DNA of 64,000 nucleotides from Cladosporium halotolerans. Its lineage: Eukaryota. Positions 1 to 9,937 of the stretch are shown here, in pieces. The notes beneath the pieces were generated by a model. The model saw only the letters and a program-made list of their open reading frames with translations. It searched no databases and was not told the DNA's origin. The position numbers and the translations under genes are program-made. Position 1 is the first letter of the stretch; every line of letters starts with the position of its first letter. Where the stretch lies: the NCBI RefSeq assembly GCF_011745625.1, contig NW_027191468.1, forward strand, positions 124,001 through 188,000, read 5' to 3'.

Positions 1-41
1 CGTGACCTTCCCATCTACACCGCGACGGCTAACCGATATTG

Positions 42-52
42 AAAAGCAAAAA
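42..52 (-). terminator. RNA polymerase III terminator (T5 then T4 on minus strand) downstream of the tRNA-Asn pair
   Basis: A-runs at 48-52 and 42-45 on the + strand; the nearer run lies 26 nt past the 3' end of the tRNA at 79. Confidence 0.7.
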
Positions 53-78
53 GCGAAGTTCGTCTAATGTCAGAGGAA

Positions 79-173
79 CTCCTCACAGTGGGCTCGAACC
101 ACTAACCTTCCGGTATGCTGAGACTCATGAGAGTCGTAACAGCCGAACGCGCTACCGGTTGCGCCAGCGAGGA
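79..173 (-). tRNA. tRNA-Asn(GTT) with 22-nt intron
   Basis: Minus strand reads TCCTCGC TGGCGCAACCGGTAGCGCG TTCGG CT GTT A [cgactctcatgagtctcagcat] A CCGGA AGGTT AGTGG TTCGAGC CCACT GTGAGGA G. Acceptor, anticodon and T stems pair, and the intron is at the canonical 37/38 position. Confidence 0.95.
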
Positions 174-210
174 TGAGAGAAGAAGAAAGAGTGCACACAT
201 GTCGTGGGCG

Positions 211-304
211 CTCCTCACAGTGGGCTCGAACCACTAACCTTCCGGTGTGCTGAGATTCGAAGAATCGTAACAGCCGAACGCGCTACCGGTTGCGCCAGCG
301 AGGA
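211..304 (-). tRNA. tRNA-Asn(GTT) with 21-nt intron
   Basis: Exons are identical to the copy at 79-173; intron is cgattcttcgaatctcagcac. Confidence 0.95.
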
Positions 305-2780
305 TGGTAACTGATGGGATCCCGAAATTGCCCGGCCTCCCAAGTAGCTTTTTCCTACGAGGAAGGGAATATGCGGGAAGAACAATTCCATTCTTGCAAT
401 CATTAAAGACGAAGGGCTTCCACGGCGGCACCTTCAAGGAGAGCCCGAAACCCTCAAGATGCCACACGAGCGGACGTTCTTGTTACCGACCTATATCTTC
501 CATATGCATGCAGTCGCCTGGCCTGAGGCGGACAGCTGCAAATACTGTGGCGTCGGTATGGTGAACGTGTGGGAGCTTCAAGCTGATATCCTGCTCCACT
601 CTGGATAACATGATGTCGCTTGCGATTGATGATGTTGTGTGCTGCGTACGATACGCTGCAGAAAGTGAAAGTTGGGTTCAGTTCAAGGTGCGCGAAGCTG
701 CGCTTTATTGGATGGTGATTGTGCACATGTAAGGGGTAAGATATCTGAACTGGCGACAAAGGAGGCTTTGGGGACTTGGAGAAATTTTGACCCTGCCCCT
801 GGGAGCCGAGGCCTACCTTATCCAACCCTTGTACGGGTCTGCTCTGCCATCGGAGTTGGTACTATCGAAAATGCACGTCTTTCTCATCTAAAGGTCTGTA
901 CTGATAATATTCCAATTATCGCAATGCAGATTTCAGACTGCCACTTCAAGGCAGACGTCGAAATTGGATCTATTCTCGCGCATTGCAGCGCTTCCATTTT
1001 GGCTTTTTGGTCAAATGCCTGCTTATTATCCAGGCTCCCGGTTCGTCAGGCCCGAACCCCTGTCAGCCATCGCGACCTCATGCAGTGAAACGAGGTAGAA
1101 AGACTCTTGCCCATCCTGGGTACGAAAAACCGGTAGCACGTGGAAGCCGCATACGGATGCTCAATCGAAGAACATTCCATCACGAGTAATAACTGTCGGC
1201 CGTTCGAACTGCCTCGTACCGTTCTCGTTTGGAACCGCTTCACCGTACAACGCATGCCGATCTTCAACAATAGCCCTAGCCGCTCCGCTCACAGGGCGAT
1301 TCGCCTGCGCGAAGCGCGGAACCCCATCGGAAATGCAATCCGCTAAAGTTCTTGGTGCGGCGGCGAGCCCACCGGCCTCAACGAATGTACAGTACTGTAC
1401 GGAAAGTCCTCCACCCGCTCAGCCGCTTCCTCTCACACCGGATCGAGGAGCGCAGGCCGGGCGCTCGGACTGAAAATCGAAGATCTCCCGCTCAGGCCCG
1501 CCAACATATGTGACCGCTGATATGGAACCGATAGGGGGCACACAGAAACCGCTGTCGAACGATACGAACGGTGTACGTCGTTCTCGAGGTCTCTGTTTCT
1601 CAACGCGTGAACGGCTTCTTCAAGATTCATGCTCAGTGCCTGCAAAGCAAGCTGAATGAGCTATGAACAGTGCATGCCCCAATGCAATAAGCTACAAGGT
1701 TCTGCAGGTACGAAATGCCGCCGGATTGCCGGTCGCGGCCTCGGGCAGCTGTTGACTATTGACACTCTGAGCCGCACACGGCAGGCTCGCGTGTGGGAGG
1801 AGTCAGGACATACTAGGTAGGTATGCTCTTGCGCCGGCTTCCATCCTGTGATGGATACGGGGCGGCCAAGCAAACCGAGAATAGTATGCGGGACCTGCAG
1901 TAGCGCGCCCAAGATCGCCGCTTTCGCCGCCCATTTGGAGATGGCGTCTTGGATTTGACTCCATCACTCGGCGATGGGAGGCGTGATGTGGCGCGCGGTC
2001 CGCCTGGATATGCGGCTGAATCTATTGACAATGCTCCTTGGAATCCATCAGTCCGCATGTTTCAAGGTACTCCCCTGAACGCTTACGGTGCGTTTTATGG
2101 CTCTCCCATGGTACCGGCTGTTTCGAAGTCATCCACGAAAAGCGTTGCGTAGGGCTAACAGACTCGCACGAATCCACCGTTTGTGGCCGTCGTTCCAGAA
2201 CTCAGCTACAAGATGTCGAAGTAAACATGCTTGGGCCACAATTGACGTGTGGTGCCTCAAGGTGGAGACGAACACCCGCTCGGTGCAATTCGCCTCGCAG
2301 AGGCCACACACCAGAAACCTTATCCCCAGCGCTACGATATGTACGCACGTGTACGGTAACGGAGCAAGCGAGCGTACACATATGCTGTTAGGAGTAACCT
2401 TTTCAAGTCGTGACGTCTCCTAGACCAGGAACGCTTTTACAGCCAACCGGAACAGAGCAGCAGCTACGTCCCGTGAAATCCACAGCCACGAGTCGCGATC
2501 ATATAGACGGGCCTAGTGTTTCCGCAAAAAGATCTCCGGTGAATTGAAGATCAATGTCCGGATCTAGGAGGTGCTGCAACCATGTAGTCCACTTTTGCCT
2601 TTCACTAGAGCAACGAACGGTTTACCCACGCTCGGGTGCATGCATGCCCTGCATCTCCGTAAGGGACTTTACTCAAATCGCATATAGGTCATGGCCTGCG
2701 GCGCCTGCATTTCACGACTTTGCTGCTTAACATCTCTCACACCTTCCTTCGCGTAGTGTTTGCTTGGACAATCGTTCGCC

Positions 2781-4078
2781 ATGCCTTCTTTCAGAGTCAC
2801 AGGCGCCACTCTCGCTCTTCTGTCTCTCGTTCCCTCTGTGTTCGGCGATTGCGAGTCTTTTGGTATCGATTTCACAAGCGGCGGCACATTCTTTCAGAAC
2901 AGCAACTCGACAGACCCTTTCACTGCCCTGCAATCATTCACAGGATGCCAGGACGACACTGCACACAACGTCTTCGTTAACCCCAGCGGTGATCAAAGCG
3001 AATGCTCCGAAACCCCGCTTACACCGGATGACGAGCCTCAACTTGTCACTTGCCAGGACTGGCCGAAGGATCGCCTCTACGATGGAGACTGGTCGCTTCT
3101 GATTATCTCCAACAACGGCGAAGATGGCGAGCCTATTGCATACCAGCGTGATTTCTCCCTTACCGTTGGTACTCAGCAAACAACCACCGTGACACCCACC
3201 GTCACCGTCTCGAACGTGGAGACCCCGGTTCAGAACGTGACCAGCACTGTCACCTCGCTTGCCACCGAGACTGCCGATGCTTCCACCATCACATCTGGCC
3301 GTGGAACCCACACGATCACACCCAAGCCCACAACCATCACCAAGACCCGCGGCCTGATCACCCTCACTCAGCGTACCCAGACATGGCAGGTCATCCCTAG
3401 CACAAAAACCGTTGCGGCCTCTTGCTCCGTCCAGCCGACCCACCACGTCAAGGACCCCATCGCTTCGATCGTTCCCTACGTCCTTGGCGACCTGAACCAC
3501 ATCGTTGAGGACGTGATCAACCTCAACAAGGGCATCATCGGCGGCGTCCTTGACAAAGTGTTCCACCCCTTCGGCAGGAGCAGGTTCAACGCTGGCTTCC
3601 ACTTCAAGCGCGAGATCCTCGCAGGCCGCACTCCGAGTGAAGAGCTCAAGAAGGCGTTCGTCGCCGAGCGTTCCGAGAAGCTGAAGAGAGAGGCTCTTGG
3701 CAAGCGTGCTCCCGACGCTCGCACCAAGACCGTCACCGATGAGACTCCCGTCACCTCGACTGTCGACCTGACCGCGCCCGCGACCACTCAGACTGTCTAC
3801 ACAACTGTCTCTTCGACTACTACATCGACCCCGCCTCCCGTCACTGCTGGTCCCGTCACAACCACCGCGAGACAGATTACCAAGACCAAGCAGATCAACC
3901 TGCCGATCGTCGTGACCACCAACACCAGGACATACACGACAACGTAAGTTTCTTGTCTTTTCACACTAGTGACCAACTCATGGCTAACGCATTTAACAGT
4001 ATTGTCAACACCGCAACCACCACTGCCCCCGGCGCCAAAGAGTCTTGCGCCAAGAAGGGCGGCGTGTTGCTCGACTAG
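2781..4078 (+). CDS. Secreted Ser/Thr-rich protein of unknown function (exons 2781-3943, 4000-4078)
   Basis: Signal-peptide-like N-terminus (MPSFRVTGATLALLSLVPSVFG), Cys-containing N-domain, Thr-rich tracts and dibasic KR sites. The GTAAGT..CTAAC..CAG intron joins in frame to a TAG at 4076-4078. Confidence 0.8.
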
Positions 4079-4617
4079 ACGCCCCAACCAAAAGTGCTTT
4101 TCTTCACACGTATCAGACGTATAGACGCTTAACGACTTTCGTATTTTATATGCATAGATATTAGCGATTATCGCATACTACAATCAATTTGCATTCCGAT
4201 CAGTACATGACACACATGTAGCAGCCGCGTTAATGTGATTCCGATCAATGGCTGATGTGAATTCTGGTCATCGATGTAATAAGGACAACGGTGTACCGCA
4301 TGTATTGATGAGTAGTCGTGGGCAGGTAGACAGTTCTTCGCTGCTCACAGGAACCTGCTTACGAAACTGCATCACATTTCGCAAACCTAATGACTTTCCG
4401 GAATATGCCTCAAGGTCACGTCTTGTCTGCAAGGAGAAATTGAAATGTCGTCCGTATTGAGAGACACGCATTGGTCGACCCACAAACAAAGGTGTCACAG
4501 CCGAAGCCAGCTGCTTCGGCGCTAGCAGCAAACTGCACCTCACGTCAACACAAAACCCGCCGAGACCGCGCACGGAATGCGCTCCACCACCGCCCTGCCG
4601 CACGGCTGACGAAAACA

Positions 4618-5508
4618 ATGCCATGGCCTTCATGGCCATTCTGGCGAACCACCTCTCCCCAGCAGGACAATGACACCGCGCTCCCCGCCCCGCTCTCCAA
4701 GGCGAAAGGCACCTGGTCCGGGTCGCTGAACGCCCGCGACCGCACGCAGTACACCAGCGCGCAGACCATCACCTTCGCCGTCCTCACCTCGGCCACGACC
4801 CTCGCGCTCTACTCCCTCTACAAGTCCTACCTGCGCCGCATCCCCGGCGCCGACTACCTCAAGCCGTCCTTCTTCCGCCGGCGCAGCCTGTTCGGGTACG
4901 TGACGAGCGTGGGCGACGGCGACAACTTCCGGCTCTTCCACACGCCCGGCGGGCGGCTGACGGGCTGGGGCTGGCTGCGCGCGATCGGGCAGAAGAACAA
5001 GAACGGCAAACGGCGCATCGGCGGCACGGAGGGCACGCTGCACGTGCGGATCGCGGGCATCGACGCGCCGGAGCTGGCGCACTTCGGGCGCCCGGGGCAG
5101 CCGCACTCGCGCGAGGCGCTGGAGTGGTTGCGGTCGTTTATTCTGCAGAAGCGCGTGCGAGTCTATCCGTACAGGAGGGATCAGTATGATCGCGTAGTGT
5201 GCACCGTGGTGCGCAGGCGGTTCGGGTTCTGGAAGCAGGATGTTGGGATGGAGATGCTGAAGCGCGGGCTGGCGACTGTGTACGAGGCGAAGTACGGCAG
5301 TGAGTTTGGGAACAGCGAAGAGGCGTACCGGGAGGCTGAGGCGAAAGCGAAGGCGAAGAAGGTTGGCATGTGGCAGGCGCCGGGGCTGGTTTCGAAGATG
5401 CTTGGGAAGACGAACAAACCGTTGGAGAGCCCGAGGGAATACAAGACCAGGATGGCCAAGGAAGAGTCGAATGACTCGTCTGACCAGAAGGGAAAGACGA
5501 AATCATGA
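4618..5508 (+). CDS. LCL3: Probable endonuclease LCL3 (staphylococcal nuclease-like)
   Basis: Motifs VTSVGDGDNFRLFHTPGG, RIAGIDAPELAHFG, DQYDRVV and GLATVYEAK; N-terminal hydrophobic segment. ATG at 4618 lies within ORF 4471-5508. Confidence 0.9.
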   Translation: MPWPSWPFWRTTSPQQDNDTALPAPLSKAKGTWSGSLNARDRTQYTSAQTITFAVLTSATTLALYSLYKSYLRRIPGADYLKPSFFRRRSLFGYVTSVGDGDNFRLFHTPGGRLTGWGWLRAIGQKNKNGKRRIGGTEGTLHVRIAGIDAPELAHFGRPGQPHSREALEWLRSFILQKRVRVYPYRRDQYDRVVCTVVRRRFGFWKQDVGMEMLKRGLATVYEAKYGSEFGNSEEAYREAEAKAKAKKVGMWQAPGLVSKMLGKTNKPLESPREYKTRMAKEESNDSSDQKGKTKS

Positions 5509-5743
5509 GGTATGAAGGACATTGTGTACAGTACCGCAGATTGAAGGCATGCATATTGCCCATACAAAAATACATAATGATTACAGCGAGACTCCACCTT
5601 TGTTAAGCCCGAAGATTGGTATATGAAGAAACACAACACCTTTGAACGCCTTAATGAAATTCCAGGGTATCAGTGCGCAGAATCCCTCTTTGCAGATGGT
5701 CAAAGCAATGGGTATATCAGCGTGCTCTAAAGTGAGAATGCCC

Positions 5744-7630
5744 TTACATCATCCCGTCTGGAGCAAGATTTTGGAACGCAGGGATGTCCTGACTCAAGAA
5801 AAAGTTCCAGTCGAAGTCAGTGTTGTTGAGGTAGTCCATGTTCCAGTCCTCGCCACTGCTAGTCGTCAATGGTCCCTGATCCCACATGAGCTGCTGTTGT
5901 TCGTCCACCATGGGCATGATAGGCTGTTGAAGCGATTGCTGCTGCTGTGGTTGCGGCTGCTGCTGAGATTGCTGCATCTGGTTCATCAAGGGCTGCTGCT
6001 GTTGTCCTTGTCCTTGATGCATTGGCTGAGACGGATTGTTTTGCGACTTTGGCAGCAAAGGCTGTAGACCATCGGGTTGCGCGTCGCCGTCTGCAGAATC
6101 GCGTTTCAAGCTCTTTTCCAAAACGTCGGAGTCCTCGTCTTTCTTCTTCTTGGATAACCGGACCAAGAAGCGTGCCGTCTTCAGTGCTTCTTTCATGGCA
6201 ACCGTGTCGAAACGCTTCACGACCATCTCCAAGGTCCGCATGGCCGTCCCGATGTGAGAAAGAGACTCCTTAGTGTCGATTGCAAGAAAGACGCATATGC
6301 ATTGGAAAGGCACATTAGCAACATGCCACCAGGGCATACCCTTGTTTGCTTGATTTCGTGCCGCCTGCAACCCTGCGAGTCCGATGGCAGTAATCCGGTT
6401 GATAGTCTCGGAAGGTAAATTGGGGTTTCCAAGACGCAGACGGCGGTAGGCACAGAGGCCCAAGTTGGCGCGCGAAAGCTCCATACAATCGTGAGGTGCG
6501 TCGTACTGCTCAAGTTGGCGAAGAAAATCTTCCCATTGCGTGGGCTTGTCTGCATTTTCTGGATCAAGGCAGCAGGAGATGCTGTAAAGCTCGATGTATT
6601 CTCGGGTGAAGTCGCCATCACGATGCACTGGAAGCTTGCACGTGATACCTCTTAGGGCCACTCGATTTCGTCCGTACTCGAAGGAAATCCACGTGTTGAG
6701 TAGTCGTGCTATCCAGAATGTGCGCCGTCTGACTTCGGCGTCGTTCATGTGATCGTTGGTGGGTGGGTACATCACGGAGCTGGTGGATTCTTGCTGCAGA
6801 CCACAAGACTCAATGAGGTGCATGGTGACGCTAGATGCCATCCAGCATGCGTGCGGGTGTCCAGTAGAGCGGAGATAGATCGTCCGAAGAATCCATGATT
6901 GTACGTCGTAGATGGTCGGTGGTTGCATCGTGCTGGTACTCTCGAGTGAAAGCTTCGCTGAATCGACAAGTCCAGGTAAGACAGTGTCGATGCTGCCATC
7001 TCCGAATAATGTTCCAAGAGCGGCGACGCCTGCCATGAGATGGTCAGGGCATTGAACGGGCTTTTGCGAAGAGTATCGCAGCATTATCTGCTTCATGAGC
7101 CACTCCTTATCAAGGATGCCATAAAGCGGATGAGCATTGGTGAAATAGAATTTTGCCATTGCTATCATCTGATCCTGCGTGAGAAATCCAGTGATCGGGC
7201 TTGAAATAGGCGCGCTCGTAGATCCGGTGCCCAGATTCCACCCAAAGGTGAACAATTTCGGACCTGCACTCGCATCCAGCCTCATGCCGAGAAGCTTCGT
7301 GAATGCCATGCCAGAGTTGGCCTCCATAGACTGCATTTTCGACACGTCCTCCTGGGTAGTTTGCTCTTCGTGTGGCGGCGTAGCATTTCGAGTGGGACTG
7401 GCTTGAATGATTCCGTTCTCGACGGCGTCCTGCTCAACGAGCTTTGAGCGCTTGCGCGGGTGCTTTTCGAAGTAGCACTTGTACTCAAATTGAGTACACA
7501 TGTTGCAGGGCATGTTCCCGTCGCATCTTCGCTTGCGCAGCCTACATGGCTCGCACGCTTGTTTGGCGCGCTGGCGTTTCTGCGAGGGTGGGCTGTGTTC
7601 GCCACTGCCGTTAGTTGAGCCTTCTGCCAT
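5744..7630 (-). CDS. Zn(II)2Cys6 transcription factor (RDR1-like), intronless
   Basis: ACEPCRLRKRRCDGNMPCNMCTQFEYKC binuclear cluster, fungal TF middle homology region (RRRTFW) and a Q-rich/acidic C-terminus. Start chosen at MAEGS (7630). Confidence 0.9.
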   Translation of the reverse strand: MAEGSTNGSGEHSPPSQKRQRAKQACEPCRLRKRRCDGNMPCNMCTQFEYKCYFEKHPRKRSKLVEQDAVENGIIQASPTRNATPPHEEQTTQEDVSKMQSMEANSGMAFTKLLGMRLDASAGPKLFTFGWNLGTGSTSAPISSPITGFLTQDQMIAMAKFYFTNAHPLYGILDKEWLMKQIMLRYSSQKPVQCPDHLMAGVAALGTLFGDGSIDTVLPGLVDSAKLSLESTSTMQPPTIYDVQSWILRTIYLRSTGHPHACWMASSVTMHLIESCGLQQESTSSVMYPPTNDHMNDAEVRRRTFWIARLLNTWISFEYGRNRVALRGITCKLPVHRDGDFTREYIELYSISCCLDPENADKPTQWEDFLRQLEQYDAPHDCMELSRANLGLCAYRRLRLGNPNLPSETINRITAIGLAGLQAARNQANKGMPWWHVANVPFQCICVFLAIDTKESLSHIGTAMRTLEMVVKRFDTVAMKEALKTARFLVRLSKKKKDEDSDVLEKSLKRDSADGDAQPDGLQPLLPKSQNNPSQPMHQGQGQQQQPLMNQMQQSQQQPQPQQQQSLQQPIMPMVDEQQQLMWDQGPLTTSSGEDWNMDYLNNTDFDWNFFLSQDIPAFQNLAPDGMM

Positions 7631-8744
7631 TGTTGCAGTTGTTTTCCGATTGGCTATCGGCCCAAAAGCATAGCCATTCAGCCAGATGATGTACTGCGAT
7701 GTGAGATGAAGGAAGACAGTCAAATTGCCAGGGATTGGTTGGACGAGACTCGCAGGCCGAGCGAGCCGAGTCAGCCTGCTGCAACGTCCGCCGCCGATTG
7801 CCATGCCGGAGTGTGGGGAGCAGCCAATGACATGCAACGCCAGCCATGTTTCACGACCGGGATGCACGAGCTTAGCCTTCGAGCTTTTCGTGTCAGAGTC
7901 AAGCCTCGACGAGCTGGATAAGGTACTTTTCGAATTGCAATCATCTTCCATTGATAGCCAAAAATCGCAAAGGGAGGCAAAGGTGGAGTTCCTGGAGAAA
8001 GGCATTCGATTTGTACCGAGGAACTCGAATTGTGATCGTCTTCATTGATCATATCCAGTACACCCTGTTAGCAAGATATATCGTGACAATCCAAGACGGT
8101 AGGTAGGACTTCACACAGGCCTTCGTTTCTTCGAAACGATTTACGTTAGCGAGGGAGTGTTCCACGGTAGAACGAATGGCGTCGACAGTAGTTCCAGAGA
8201 CATTTGCAATCAAGCACATGAGCCTTTCGATCGCTACCCGTGAAATCCCCCTCACAATGACATGTAGATACAGCTGTTGTTTCACACGGGGCTCAAAATG
8301 CCTATATGCTTGCGATCTTGCTATTCGCAGAAGTCATCATTCGAAGTGCCGCAGCACTAAATTTCACGTGTCGGTCAGCTAGCTCGCCGTGAGCAACCCA
8401 TATCGGCGTAGGAGTCATAAGACGATAGTTGTCAAAAAACGGAATCTGGCTCATGGTGGAGAGCAGTGTCTCAGAGAGCTGAGATGATAATGACCAGACG
8501 GTCTACAGCTGACCGGCTGAGGTGGTGACAAAAATGATAGAACGGCAGGCAACTTGTTTTCATGATGGCGTCGCGGACTCCCTAATGTACACTCAAACCC
8601 ATGTACAGTCCGGCAGGAGCATGCTGCAGGCCAGGCCGTTATGTCATGCGTGCATCCTCGCCGAGACGCCAAAAGAGACCCACTAGATCACCCGAGATCT
8701 GTCCAGGTTTCAACGATTCAACAGCAAGCGCGCTTCGAGCTTTT

Positions 8745-9554
8745 TTACTCGACGTCGTTCTTGCTCTCGAAGTTCTCGCCCTCGACCAGCTCGGGTATCT
8801 CATCATCGTCGTCGTCCTTCTTCTCACCCTCAGCACCCTTCTGGAGGCTCTGGTAGCTCTCGGCGAGCTTGCGGAGCGAAGCGAGAGAGTCGGGGCCGAG
8901 CTGGTTAAGGATGCCCGGGACGAGCTCGGTGAGCTCCTTGTCCTCACCGTGGCCGTAGAGGGCGAAGGTGTTGGAGGGGACAGCGGCGTGGACTGAGAGG
9001 TGTTAGTGGGGTTCGAGGGCCGGTATTGTGCGGTAGGTTCGGCATACCCTTAGGGGCGGAGAAGTGGATGACGTTGCCGTCAGACTTGAACATGTTGACC
9101 TCCTCAATCTGAGTGATGGGCTGGACGTTCATCTTCTTGAGGGTGGCCTGGAGCTTCTGGTCGTCGGCGCCAGAGGACCTGTGCACCTTCTTCTGGACAC
9201 GTCTGGGAGTACCCTTGCCGCTGTTCCTCGAGCATTAGCCTGTGTTCATATGCGCATTGCTGTTCCCGTTCCTGCTTCTGGCATTGCCATAGCGCTCCTT
9301 TCCTGCCAAGATCTAGTTCCAATCTCACATGCCCAAGTGTTCCTAGCTCTTCATTTACGTTTCTTCCACTTCCAAGCTCCCAACATTCGCCTCGGAGGTA
9401 CCAGAAATTCGCTAATAGTCTCACTTACCCTGTGGCATTGTCAGCATTGCGCCTCGGCCGATTTCGCAGATTTTCGCAGCTCTGCAGGCGCAGTGTGGGA
9501 GCACTTACCAGTGCGGACGGCATTCTGCATGCGGGCCAGCTTCTCGGTGTCCAT
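8745..9554 (-). CDS. EGD1: Nascent polypeptide-associated complex beta subunit (exons 9554-9509, 9429, 9220-9048, 8992-8745)
   Basis: [23 protein letters not shown]...[30 protein letters not shown]...[23 protein letters not shown] is the NAC-beta signature. Frame requires a 1-nt exon (see findings). Confidence 0.95.
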
Positions 9555-9937
9555 GTTGTCGGCGATGTGAAGATCTGCAACAATGAGTTGCAGCGACGGG
9601 ATATGAGGTTGGAGTGGATGCGAGGGTGTCTGTAGTGGTCGTCTCGTTCGCTAGGGCGGCAACTTCATCGACACACTCAGAAGGCCCGCACGCCGGCTGC
9701 GACGCTGCTCGTCGAATGTGCGCGACCACCGAAGCGGCTAGCTCGGCTGCTCCCGTGGTGTGTGACGCTATGGCCACATCGCGAAGTCTTGGCTTTGGTA
9801 GAGGAGATCAACATGCGTGTTACCTTGTGGGTTGAAATCGATGGTTATCATTGCTATTGTTATAAGAAAAGGTAATTGATACGCATCGTGGTTCAAACTT
9901 CAAAGCCAGACTTTATCATTCCGCGATGCTGCCACCA

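Noticed and set aside
305..2760. Many short ORFs (e.g. 672-1088, 1949-2152) and a perfect 14-bp palindrome GTACAGTACTGTAC at 1387-1400
   Set aside because: No recognisable domain, codon bias or consistent splice pattern; one palindrome alone supports no function.
7631..8005. Upstream extension of ORF 5744-8005
   Set aside because: It lacks coding character; MAEGS at 7630 places the Cys6 cluster near the N-terminus, as is typical.
7771..8285. Two short minus-strand ORFs with a CTAACAG between them (possible small spliced gene)
   Set aside because: No convincing donor site or recognisable protein.
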